DNA of 64,000 bases from the human T2T-CHM13v2.0 reference genome, Homo sapiens: NCBI RefSeq assembly GCF_009914755.1, contig NC_060932.1. One strand, 5' to 3'. The notes beneath the pieces are model-generated. The model saw only the letters and a list, made by a program, of their open reading frames with translations. It was not told the DNA's origin and ran no database searches. Numbering within the stretch: position 1 is the stretch's first letter; each line of letters begins with the position of its first letter. Shown here in pieces: positions 28,029 to 44,890 of this stretch. Both the position numbers and the translations under genes were made by a program.

Positions 28029-29678
28029 CCCTGCTGACATCTTGATTTTAGCCCAGGGAGATTCATGTTAGACTTTTGACTTCTAGAAATGTAAGGTAAT
28101 AAATTTGTGCTTTTTAAATGACTAAGTTTGTGATGATTTGCCACAGCAACAATAGGGAACTAATAGAGTGCTTTTTCACGCATTTTTTTCTCATCTATGA
28201 TAAGAGAGCTTTCTGTGTCTCCTTCTGAAAGGAAAGTCTGCTGTAAGAGGGAGTGCTTTTCACTGCAACCTCACTCCTCTCCTTTGCTGGTGTATGTACC
28301 AATGTATAACCTTTCTGCACAAATGAAATGCCATGCAAGAAGTAAAAAGTTTGAGAACTAGCCCATTTGTCAGTAGGAGTCCAAAACTTTATACTAAGAA
28401 TCCTAAATCCGATAACTAAGAAGTGACTTGAGGCACTCGCAACTTCATTATTAAAGGTTATTTGCATGACAAATTAATACTGTAGTAACAGTAGTTGCCA
28501 ATGCAAAAGCTAAACCAAGAACTTAAATGCCACAAACATGCAGATTATTGGCCCGGTTGATGGAACAGGGCAACTTTGGCCTTAAATATTTTTTGGCAAC
28601 TTAACATATTTGCATTTTTGCCTCAAGCTATTTAAATATTTTAGGATTCCATTATTTACAGAGAGCATAATGAGGGAACTCTCCAGAGTTACTGAAGGTT
28701 AAACCGGATAAAAAGTGAAAGTATCCACAGAATAAAATAACTCCCTAGATATCTTGTGTACACATGTCCAACCAAAAAGGACAATTTATTTCCACATATG
28801 GTAGGGATTTCAGATTCCTTCAGAAAATTTCAGATTAACTCCTTATATTTAGGAGTCTTAATTAAGCTGTAGGTTATCACTTACAACAAAATGTGAAGTC
28901 AGAGTAAATGAAAAATGTTACTTTTTACCCAAGAATAGAGTGGGTCCTCACTCCATTGCCTCACAAGATAAAATTGTAATTGTCTTTTACTTCAACGTTA
29001 ACAGATATTCATAGTTGAGCCTTAATGGGAACACTTTGTTTTGTTGTTCTATATTAGTTGCTTTGATACAAAATGCTGTACATTAGAATTTAATGTGATC
29101 TGCCTGAAGTCCAGATGAAAAAAGATTAAGGCAAAAGACAAGAATGAGAAAGAATTCCTGGTCAAAGGAGATTGTTTCATTTTGGTGGCTGTCCCCATTT
29201 GGGCTCCCATAAATGCACTGCCAGGACTATCGGGGGCAGAAATATTGAGCCTGGGCAGTCGACTAACCACAGCATCACCAACACGAATCATACTCCCATT
29301 ACCCAACAAGGAAATACTGTCTACGAAGGGGCCCCTAGTGCTCTGCACCCTCCCGTTCACTTACCTTCCTGCTTCACATTTGAAAGGCAGTTTAGATGAA
29401 ATAATGCCCGTTTTTCCTACCAAGTATATTGTATGCAACCGTAAATCATCAAAGAACCACTGCCCCGACCTAGAACATATTTGGACATCACTAGAAATAA
29501 AAAAAAGGAATATTAGATCATGTGTTGGATTTTTTTAGGGTTAATATAAAGGCAGATGTCCAAAGTTAGGGATGCTTTCAATGCTTTCCTATTTCCAGTT
29601 CTCTTGCTCCTACGTTGGCTCTGTGTTTTATAAATCTTCTTTTTCATAATGTAGATTCATTGACCTGCTGGATAGTAG

Positions 29679-29680
<2 letters not shown>

Positions 29681-29724
<44 letters not shown>
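29681..29724. repeat. (TA)22 perfect microsatellite
   Basis: Direct count. Confidence 0.95.
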
Positions 29725-29728
<4 letters not shown>

Positions 29729-31151
29729 CTAATAGAGTTGGCTCCTTGCCTTGTATTTATCAAAGATTCTTCCCCCAACTCTCATCAGTCCTTCCCCAAA
29801 CAAGAAGTTTAACAAAAGAGACTAGGGACTTCTTTAGCTCACTTGTCGCCACCATCCCACAGGACCTGAATATGAGTCCTGTCCAGGAGCAGTGGTGAAC
29901 TGGAACAGAGCAAATATAGTATCCACAGTGAATGACGAAAGAGGATTGGATCAGGATTGAAAACTCTAAATAACTGATGTAGCTTACACATTTATTACTT
30001 TGGCTTATCACAGTTATCCCAGAAGATGTGAAATAAAATCAGAGAAAAGAGAATTTTAAACAGACATTCACATAATAGGCCATACAGACATGCAGACTGC
30101 TGACCAGGCACAAAATTCTGGCAGGCAGGACTGGGAGCTAGAGGAAACTGGCATTACTTAAGCAAGGACTGAACAGTGTATTCGGAAAAGAAAAAAATGA
30201 GTGGCCTAGGGAAAAGACAGGCTTTGTTCTGACCAATCCTTTTTGTTCACCACACACCCAAACTGCTAGCAGATTCAAAGTAATTTTACTAAATACAACA
30301 TTCACCCTGCTTTCTGTATTCTATTGATTTACTTAATAAAAACAAACCTGCTTTGTGATTCTAGCTACACAGAACTAACCAGAGACCCCAGTCTTTTTAG
30401 AAGATATAGAGTGAATTCAGAATGTCAAGTTTCTAAAACTTAATTGCTATCCATAAGATAGAAAAATCTCAATTAGAACTTGAATTCTTAAAAATTCATC
30501 TATGATCACACAGCTATCAGAGAGGAATAAAGATAAAAAAAACACTAACATAACATGTAGAGGGCAGGAAAGAAAGCCCATGTGTTTTCAGTCCAGTAAA
30601 TGATGAATGTGCAAGAAAGAGGCATGAACTAAAAGAGCTTTGACAGAAGAATTTTCTTTTTTCAAAGTTAAAAGAAAGTTTAGTTCCCTTTTAAATAACA
30701 GAATCTTCTTTTTCCAGTTGATTTTTTTTATTTCCAACTTTTATTTTAAGTTCAGGGGTACATGTGCAGGATGTGCAGGTTTGTTACATAGGTAAACATG
30801 TGCCATGATGGTTTACTGTACAGATTATTCCATCACCTAGGTATTAGGCACAGCATCTATTAGCTATTCTTCCTGATGTTCTCCTTCCTCTCATCCCCCA
30901 CCCTCCAACAGGTCCCATGTATGTTATTCTGCCCCTCGTGACCATGTGTTCTCATCATTCAGCTCCCACTTATAAGTCAGAACATGTGGTATTTGGTTTT
31001 CAGTTCCTGCATTAGTTTGCTAAGGATAATGACCTCCAGCTCCATCCATGTTCATGCAAAGAACATGATCTCATTCCTTTTTAAGGCTGCATATTATTCT
31101 GTGGTATACATTTACCACATCTTCCTTATTTAGTCTATCCTTGGTAGGCAT

Positions 31152-31503
31152 TGTATTAATCTGTTCTCATGCTGCGAATAAAGACCCAAGGCTGGGTAAT
31201 TTATAAAGGAAAGAGGTTTAATTGACTCACAGTTCCACATGGCTGGGGAGGCCTCACAATCATGGTCGAAGGTGAATGAGGAGCAAAGTCATGTCTTACA
31301 CGGTGGCAGGCAAGAGAGCTTGTGCAGGGTAACTCCCATATATAAAACCATAAAATCTTGTGAGACTTATTCACTACCATGAAAACAGTATGGCAGAAAC
31401 TGCCCCCGTGATTCAATTATCTCCATCTGTCCCTGCCCTTGACATGTGGGGATTATTACAATTCAAGGTGAGATTTGGGTGGCAACACAACCAAACCATC
31501 TCA
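31152..31503 (-). mobile_element. THE1 (B/C-like) MaLR solo LTR
   Basis: 352 bp with TG...CA termini (tgtattaatctgttctc...ccaaaccatctca) and 5-bp TSD ggcat at 31147-31151 and 31504-31508. Confidence 0.92.
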
Positions 31504-33847
31504 GGCATTTAGGTTGATTCCATGTCTTTGCCGTTGTGAATGGTGCTGCAATGAACACACACATGCATGTATCTTTATAACAGAATAATTTATATTCCTT
31601 TAGGTATATATCCAGTAATGGGATTGCTGGGCCAAATGGTATTTCTGCTGCTAGGTCTTTGTAAAATCACCACACTGTCTTCCACAATGGTTGAACTAAT
31701 TTACACTCCCACTAACCGTGTAAAAGTGTTCCTTTTTCTTCACAACCTCACCAGCATTTGTTTTTTGACTTTTTAGTAATAGCCTTTATGACTGACATTA
31801 GATGGTATTTCATTGCGGTTTTGATTTGCATTTCTCTAATCATCAGTGATAGTGAGCTCTTTTTCATATGATTGTTGGCCACATGTATGTCTTCCTTTGA
31901 GAAGTCTCTGTTCATGTTCTTTGCCCACTTTTTAATGGAGTTGTTTGGTTTTCTCTTGTAAATTTAAGTTCTTTATAGATGCTGGATATCAGCCCTTTGT
32001 CAGATGGATAGAGTGCAAAAAACTGTCTCCCACTCTGTAGGTTGTATTTGCTCTGTTGATAGTATGTTTTGCTGTGCAGAAGCTGTTTAGTTTAATTAGA
32101 CCCCATCGGTCAATTTTTGCTTTTTTTGCAATTGCTTCTAGCATCTTGGTCATGAAACTTTGCCCGTGCTTATGTCCTGAATGGCATTGCTTAGGTTTTC
32201 TTCTATGGTTTTTATAGTTTTGGGGATTACATTTAAGTCTTTAATGCATCTTGAGTTGACTTTTGTATACAATGTAAGGAAAGGATCCAGTTTTAATTTT
32301 CTGCATATGGCTAACCAGTTCTCCCAGCATCATTTATCATATAGGGAATCTTTTCCCCATTGCTTGTTTTTGTCAGGTTTGTCAAAGATCAGATAGTTGT
32401 AGGTGTGTGGCCTTATTTCTGGGTTCTCTATTGTATTCCATTGGTCTATGTGTCTGCTCTTGTACTAGTACAATGCCATTTTGGTTACTGTAGCCTTTAG
32501 TATAGTTTGAAGTTGGGTAACATTATGCCTCCAGCTTTGTTCTTTCTGCTTAGGATTGCCTTGGTTATTTTGGCTCTTTTCTGGTTTTATGAATTTTAAA
32601 ATAGTTTTTCTGATTCTGTGAAGTATGTCAATGGTAGTTTAATGGGAGTAGCACTGAATCTATAAATTGCTTTGGGCAGTATGGCCGTTTTCACGATATT
32701 GATTCTATCCACGAGCATGGAATGTTTTTCCATTTATTTGTGTCATCTCTGATTTCTTTTCAATGGTTTGTAGTTCTTCTTAAAAATATCCTTCATTTCT
32801 CTTGTTAGCTGTTTTCCTAGGTATTTTATCCTTTTTGTGGCAATTGTGAATGGGAGTTCATTTGTGATTTGGCTCTCAGCTTGACTGTTGTTGGTGTATA
32901 GGAATGCTAGCAATTTTTGCTCATTGATTTTGTATCCTATGACTTTGCTGAAGTTGCTTATCAGCTTAAGAAGCTTCTTGGCCGAGACGATGGGATATTC
33001 TAGACATAGGATCATGTCATCTGCAAACAGATAGTTTGACTTCCTCTCTTCCTATTTGAATCCTCTTTATTTCTTTCTCTTGCCTGATTGCCTGGGCCAG
33101 AACTTCCAATACTATGTTGAATAGTAGTGGTGAGAGAGGGCAAACTTGACTTGAGCCAGTTTTCAAGGGGAATGCTTCCAGGTTTTGCCCATTCACTATG
33201 GACTGTGGGTTTGTCATGTGTGGCTCTTATTATTTTGAGGTATGTACCTTCAATATCTAGTTTATTGAGAGTTTTCAATATGAAGGGATGTTAAATTTTA
33301 TCAAAGGCCTTTTCTGCATCTATTGAGATAATCATGTGGTTTTTGTCCTTAGATCTGTTTATGTGATGAATTACATTTATTGTTTTCTGTATGTTGAACC
33401 AGCTTGCATCTCAGAGATGAAGCCAACTTGATTGTGGTGGATAAGCTTTTTGATGTGCTACTGGATTCAGTTTGCCAGTGTTTTGTTGAGGATTTTTGCA
33501 TCGATGTTCATCCAGGATATGGCCTAAAGTTTTCCTTTTTTGTCATATCTCTGCCAGGTTTTGGTATCAGGATAATGGTGGCCTCATAGAATAAGTTAGG
33601 GAGGAGTCCCTCCTTTTCAATTTTTTGGAATAGTTTCAGTCGGAGTGGTACCAGCTATTTTCTGTACCTCTGCTAGAATTCAGATGTGAATTCATCTGGT
33701 CCTGGGCTTTTTTTTTTTTTTTTTGGTTGGTAGGTTATTTATTACTGTCTCAATTTCAGAACTCTCTATTGGTCTATTCAGGGATTCAATTTCTTCCTGA
33801 TTCAGTCTTGGGAGGGCATATGTGCCAGGAATGTATCCATTTCCTCT

Positions 33848-37862
<4,015 letters not shown>

Positions 37863-39450
37863 GAATGTATCCATTTCTTCTAGATTTTCTAACTTATGTG
37901 TACAAAGGTGTTTACAGTATTCTCTGATGGTTGTTTGTATGTCTGTGGGGTCAGTGGTAATGTTCCCCTTATCATTTCTAATTGTGTTTATTTGAATCTT
38001 CTCTATGTTTAGTTTATTAGTCTAGCTATCAGTCTATCTATTTTATTAATTTTCTCCAGGAAAAGCAGCTCCTGGATTTGTTGATTTTTGAAGGGTTTTT
38101 CATGTCTCTGTCTCCTTCAATTCAGCTCTGATGTTGGTTATTTTTGCTAGCTTTCAGGTTTGTGTGCTCTTGGTTCTCTGGTTCTTTTAACTGTGATGTT
38201 AAGTTGTTAACTCGAGATCTTTCTAGCTTTTTGATGTGGGTATTTAGTGCTGTAGATTTCTCTCTTGACACTGCTTTATCTACATCCCACACATGCTGGT
38301 ACATTGTATCTTTGCTCTCATTAGTTTCAAAGAACTTCTTGATTTCTGCAATGATTTCATTATTTACCCAAAAGTCATCCAGAAGCAGGTTGTTCAGTTT
38401 CAGTGTAGTCATATGGTTTTCTGTGAATTTCTTAATTTTGAGTTCTAATTTGATTGTGCTGTGGTCCAAGAGATGATTTGTTAGGATTTCAGCTCTTTTG
38501 CATTTGCTGAGGAGTGTTTTACTTCTGATTATGTGATCAATTTTAGAGTAAGTTCCATGTGGTAATGAGAAGAATATGTATTCTGTTGTTTTGGGGTGGA
38601 GAGTTCTGTAGTTATCTATCAGGTCAACTTGATCCAGAGCTGAGTTCAGGCCCTGAATATCTTTGTTAATGTTCTGCCTCAATGATCTGCCTAATATTGT
38701 CAGTGAGGTGTTAAAATCTCTCACTATTATTGTGTGGGAGTCTAAGTCTCTGTTAAAGTCTGTAAGAACTTGCTTTATGCATCTGGGTGCCCCTGTATTG
38801 GGTGCATATATATTTAAGATAGTTGGCACTTATTGAATTGAAACCTTTGCCATTATGTAATGCCCTTTTCTGTCCTTTTGATCTTTGTTAGTTTAAACTC
38901 TATCTTATCAGAAACTTGGATTGCAACTCCTGCTTTCTTCTGTTCTCCATTTGCTCAGTAAATTTTCCTCTATCCCTTCATTTTGAGCCTCTGTGTGTCT
39001 TTGCATGTTAGATAGCTCTCTTGAAGACAGCGTACAGATGGATCTTGATTCTTTATCTGGTTTGCCATTCTGTGTCTTTTAATTGGGGCATGTAGCTCAT
39101 TTACATTTAAGGTTAGTATTGTTAGGTGTGGATTTGATCCTGTCATCATGATGCTAGCTGATTATTTTTGCAGACTAGTTTATGTGGTTACTTCATAGTG
39201 TCACTAGTCTGTGCACTTCCATATGTTTTTGTAATGGCTGGTAACGATTTTTCCTTTCCATATTTAGTGCTTCCTTCATACGCTCCTGTAAGGCAGAGGT
39301 TTAACATCCCACTGACATTATTAGGCAGTTCATTGAGACAGCATTTGCCTGCCTAAGCATTTGCCTGTCTGAAAAGGATCTTATTTCTCCTTCACTTATA
39401 ATGCTTAGTTTGTCTGGATATGAAATTCTGGGCTGGAAATTATTTTCTTT

Positions 39451-41541
39451 TTTTTATTTTTATTTTTTGTTTTTTTGTTTGTTTGTTTGTGTTCAGTACA
39501 AACTTAGGGCTCTTTAGGCAATAAAGTAAGGAACAGCAAAGTGGGAGGACTACACCTTCACCGTGGCAACAGAAAGCCTCAAAAATGTAAAGTCCCTCAA
39601 CTTCTATTGGGCAGACTCTTCCTAGCTCAGAAGAAACACATTTTAACTGGCTGGGAACAAGGCCAGCCAGCCTGGCCACAGTGTGGAAGGGCAGCTGGTC
39701 ACACAGCCTCTGGTCAGGCCTGGAAGTGCTCAGAGAGAACTTCCAGCAGCTCCTGCTTCTTCAGCCCATATGCCTCTTTCAGCATGGGCACAGTGAAATT
39801 GCCCAGCATGCCCTTGCTGATATTGGCCTTCAGCTCCTCTTCTGAATACTTCATCTTGGGTCTTTCGCTTCCAAAATCTTCATTATTTTGTTTTCTCTTG
39901 GTAAATTTCCCTTCAGGATTGTAATCTGGTGGGTAAACAAGCTCCTTAAACTCAACCACCAGGGAGTCCAATCTTTTATTCATTGCTTCAACCTTGGGCA
40001 ATGTCAGGTCCACTGCTTGTTCAGTCTCCATCAAATCCAAGGCCAAGGCCTCCAGGTTCCTGAAGTGCTGCTGCAGCCCAGGGTTCTCAAAGCTGTCACT
40101 TCTGCATGTGAAGCGGAGCTTCTGAACGATAGCCTTCATCTTGTCCACCTGCTCTGGAGTTGCCATGACTTTCAGTAAAGGGCATCTTCCTTTTATCATC
40201 AGCAAAGAGTAAAAAGACAAGCTGGAATCCTGGAGGAGTCACCAGAAATTTCTGGTCATCCAACTCCTCTTCCTGTGGCACCAAAGCCACAAAATAAAGA
40301 GAGATGTTCCTGCGGGGTGTGTATCTGCGTGATGCTACAACCTCCTTGTCCAGACACTTTATGTGCAGAGCACTAAACAGGGTTGAGCTCCCAATCACCA
40401 GCAACTCCTCAGGGCACATGAACAGGGAGGGCCTCAGATGATGGTGCTTCTTCAGCATTACCAAGGGCTTACACCCCATGAGCATCAAACCTGGATCATC
40501 AAACTGTTTTAACTCTTCTGTTTCCCCTTTCTCCATTATAATCTGAGACTCCCATAGATCTCAGACCTCTTGGTATCACTAAGCAGAAGCAAACTTCCTG
40601 TATTTGTATTAAATGTCTGGGTCTTGGTTTTCACTGGTTCATTTGTTTCCCAATAGAGCTTTATTGGAGAAGGCTTGAGAGCCCTCTGGACCAGATTATA
40701 AATGCCCAGAGATCACTATATCTTTGATGAGCTTCAGCTTTAACCTGCTTAGTGCTTGCTTCCTGGTCTCCTTGGAGTGAACCTTCTAGTTTGCTGGATT
40801 CCTCAAAGTGAACCCTGAGGTCCTCATCCTCTGCTATGCTGGTGATATCTCTATAGAATAAGGATATGTCAAAGCCCCCAGGTTTCTTCAGGTGCTTCAA
40901 GTCAAGGAAGATACCTGTATCTCAGAGATCACCAGCTTTGGTCCTGGCTCAGCTGGCTTAGGCACTGTCATTGCCATGGGGTTGTCTTCATTGGTGAACA
41001 GCATGATCTTGTTATGACTCATCATGAACTGGACATCACTAAAGAGGTTGGCACAGATACACAGCACTTCACTGAGTGAGTCATCAGATCTGTGGCCCAT
41101 CAGGTCTTGGAAACGTTTTTGTTCCTGCTGCCCCTTAAACTGGTCAAGCTCTAGAATTTATTTTGCACCTGGCTTATCCAACTCCTGTAAGATGTAAATA
41201 TTTCACTGAATCTTTGTCTTTCTCTGCACTATAGAGCATCACTGCCAAGAGATCTCAAACACTGTTTATGATCTTACTGATGTACACACTTTGGATACAC
41301 TGGATGCTCATGTCAAAGGGAGTCAACTCATCTTTACTCTGAGATTCAAACATAGCCCTGGAGGCATCAACAAAAAAAAAACAAACTATCTCTTCCTGAA
41401 TACTTATAGTCTCCACTTGCTTCAAGGTTCTCTTCTTGTTCTTCTTTGCTTCTTCATCGGCCTCAGTTTTGTAATACGACTCCCACCTTTACATGTTGGC
41501 TACTTCTCACTTTGGTGTAGGGAAGTGACCAACTTGGACCA
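39451..41541 (-). pseudogene. XRCC6P4: Processed pseudogene of XRCC6 (Ku70); former CDS 41494->39714; probably XRCC6P4
   Basis: Intronless Ku70 peptides ([58 protein letters not shown]), 5'UTR, 3'UTR and decayed polyA (39451-39493). TSD gaaatt(a/c)ttt(t/c)cttt at 39436-39450 and 41542-41556. Codon 2 is TAA; multiple frameshifts. The locus number is recalled, not verified. Confidence 0.93.
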
Positions 41542-43919
41542 GAAATTCTTTCCTTTAAGAATGTTGAATATAGGGCCCCAATCTCTTCTGGCTGTAGAGT
41601 TTCTTCTGAGAGGATCACTGTTATTCTCATGGGCTTCCCTTTGTAGGTGACCTTGCCTTTCTCTTAACATTATTTGCTGCCCTTAACATTATTTGTTTCA
41701 TTTCGACCTTAGAGATCTGATGATTATGTATCTTGGGGATAATCTTTTCATGGAGTATCTTACTGGAGTTCTCTGCATTTCCTGAATTTGAATGTTGGCC
41801 TGTGTTGCCAGGTTGAGGAAGTTCTCCTGGATGATATCCTGAAGTATGTTTTCCAAATTGGTTCCATTCTCCCTGTCTCTTTCACGTACCCCAATCAGTC
41901 ATAGATTTGATCTCTTTACATAATCACATAGTTCTTGGAGGTTTTGTTCATTCCTTTACATTCTTTTTTATCTATTCTTTTCTGCCAGTCTTATTTCAGA
42001 AAAACAGTCTTCAAGCTCTGAAATTCTTTCTTCCACTTGATCTATTCTGCTATTAATACTTGTGATTGCATTGTGAAGTTCTTATACTGTGTTTTTCAGT
42101 TCTATCATGTTCCTCTCTAAACTTGCTATTTTGGCTGTCAGCTTCTGCATTGTTTTATTATGATTTTTAGATTCTTTGTGTTGGGTTAAAACATATTCCT
42201 TTAGCTCAGCGAAGTTCATTTTTATCCACATTCTGAAGCCTACTTCTGTCATTTCAGCATCTCAGCCTTAGCCCTGTTTTAAGCCCTTGCTGCAGAAGCA
42301 CTGTAGTCATTTAGAAGAAAGGGGGCACTCTGGTTTTTTGAGTTTTTGACATTTTTGAGTTGATTCTTTCTCATCTTTGTGGGCTTATCTACCTTTGATC
42401 TTTGAGGTTGCCAACCTTTGGATGGGGTTCTCACAGGGATTTTTTCTTGTTGTTGTTGTTGTTTTCTGTGTTTTTTTTGTTGTTGTTGTTTTTCTTTGAA
42501 GAGTCTGATGGCTGTTGCATAGGGCTGCTGTGGTTTGCTGGGAGTCTGCTCCAGACCCTAGTTACCTCCGTTTTTCCTGTACCTGGAGGTATCACCACCG
42601 AAGTCTGCGAAATAGCAAAGATGGCAGCCTGCCCCTTCCTCTGGAAGCTCCATCCCGGGGGGTACGGACCTGTTGCCAGGCCAAATGCAGTTGTAAGAGG
42701 TACCTGAAGACTTTGTTTGGGAGGTCTCACCCAGTCAGAAGAAAAGTGATCTAGTACCTGCTTAAAGAAGCAGTCTGGCTGCTTTTTGATAGAGCAGCAT
42801 GCGTGTTGGGGATCTCTTCAGCCTCTGATCAGATTGAGCACCCCAAAGCCCACAAGCTGGACTGGCTAAGATGCTTGAACAGCCAAGGTAGTGACATGCC
42901 CCACCCCCAGGGCACTTCATCCCAGGGAAAGATCAGAACTGTTCATACCGTATGTGCAGGTTGAGGTAGCTGGAGGCCCAGCTGGGAGGTCTCACCCAAT
43001 GAGGGGGAATGGTTTGAGGTCCAGCTTACAGAAGCAATCTGGCCACATTCTGGCAAAGCAGCTATGCTGCACTGGGGAAACTCTTCCTCATCCAGACCAT
43101 TTGGACTCTTCAAAGTCCACAGGCTGGAACAGCTGAGTCAACCAAACAGCAGAGATGGCAGCCTGCCCCTCCCCTCAGGGCCCCATTTCTTCTCAGGCAG
43201 GCACCCTTTTACTGCAGGCTGGCTGGAATTCCAAGCCAGTGGGTCTTGTCTTGTGAGGTGCCATGGAAGTGGGACCCACAGGCCAATGCTGCTTGGCTCC
43301 TTGGGTTCAGCCCCCTTCCTAGGGGTATGTACAGACACCGTGCATTGCCTGGGCTGCAGACACCTTTGTTGGGGATCCCAGGACTGGAGTATGTAAAGCT
43401 CCTGGGTCTCAGTGCATGCCTGAGCAGCTTCTCTGCCAAGACTCCACATAGCTCTGTGTGTCGGACCCAAGGCCCTGGTGGTGTGGGCTCATAAGGGGAT
43501 CTCCTGATCCGCAGGTTGCAAAGATCTGTGGGAGAAGCGTGGTTTCCCAGGGTCGCACAATCACTCACTGCTTCCTTTAACTGGATATGGGGGTTCCCTT
43601 GGCCCTGTGTCACACCCAGGTGGGCCATCGCCCTACCCTGCTTTTCTTTCTTCTCCATGAGTTGGGTTATTTCCCTGACCAATCCCACTGTGGATAGCTG
43701 GATAATTCAGTTGAAGTTGCTGTATCCACTCACCCCAGTTCATAACCAAGCCTTATCACTTGTTAATCTCCTGAGTAACACAGAGGTATCTACTTTATTC
43801 TACTTTGACCACCACAACCTTAGGCCAAGCTTGTCTGGCTCATCTTGTCTGGGCTCCTGCACCAGCCATCCTATCTATTCTTAGTAACCCAGATAACTTT
43901 TTCTATACTCTTACTTCAA

Positions 43920-43921
<2 letters not shown>

Positions 43922-43958
<37 letters not shown>
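43922..43958 (+). repeat. Isolated perfect A37 tract
   Basis: Direct count; no adjacent Alu or L1 3' end. Confidence 0.95.
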
Positions 43959-43960
<2 letters not shown>

Positions 43961-44669
43961 TCATGGAAGTAGCCTAGTTACATTTAACCAAATTAAATAA
44001 ATAACATTTTAACCAAAACCACATAAATATATACATATATGCGTGTGTGTGTGTGCATGCGTGTGTGTGTGCTTACATTGCTTCAAAGATAATGAGCTCT
44101 TATGTTGCTATATTTCCCTATATTCTTTATAGTAAATCCTACAAGATTTACTTACTTTTTGCTACCAACCCCCAGTACTAAATAAGCTATTCGTGGGTCT
44201 CACTCTGCTAGATTCTCATGTACAGGAGAGTGTCTGTGTCCTAGGTAGTGGTCATAGATATTGCTTCCAATGTTGCTGATTTCAGTACCATAAAGAAGAT
44301 ATAGCCCAGTAAATGGAAGAGCAAAGTAGAATGAAATTTTTAATAGCTTTGCTCTCTTAGTGCTTTGTCTGTAAGAATCACTGTTGCACTTGACATTTGT
44401 TGCCATTTTGCTTTTTCATTTTGAATTGTGGAGCCAGACTGTGTCTCTATGTTGAGGGGAGGAGAAGGAATGACCTCAGAAATGTCAGAATTATTACTAA
44501 TGGCAGCCTTTAAGCTTGGATAGGTGGGTAATAGTGCTTGACCAATCTGCTTAAATGCTGACTGTAGAGTAGCGACCTGAAACAATAGTGGGAAGCTATT
44601 TAAAATTTGGAAGAGGCAAAATATGTGATAGGAAAGATGTGGCTTATTTTCAAGTACAGGCCACATGGT

Positions 44670-44890
44670 ATGGTAGCAGCAGATGCCGTAAGGAATAAGG
44701 GCAGCATCTGAGCAGACCTAAATGTAATCTCACCTCTGTCATTTTCCTACTTGTGACACTGGGCAGGGTCCACAATCCCTCTGAGCCATCACCTTTCTTG
44801 CATGTAAAATGAAATCATACCACTCACTCAAGGGGCTGTTGAAAAGATTAATGACATTGTGTATACAAAATTCCAGCCACCATAGATGCC
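44670..44890 (+). mobile_element. MIR SINE
   Basis: Core tgtgacactgggcagg...ctctgagccatcacctttcttgcatgtaaaatgaaa...gttgaaaagattaatga. Confidence 0.65.

Noticed and set aside
29049-29538. Overlapping 75-118 aa ORFs in non-repeat DNA
   Set aside because: No recognisable protein similarity or exon evidence; lengths compatible with chance.
39714-41100. Ku70-like ORFs of 67-168 aa as a functional gene
   Set aside because: Intronless with polyA and TSD, stop at codon 2, and fragments in different frames.
42402-43884. Cluster of overlapping 80-160 aa ORFs on both strands
   Set aside because: GC-rich L1 5'UTR with few stop codons; no recognisable domain. The same applies to 623-1617.
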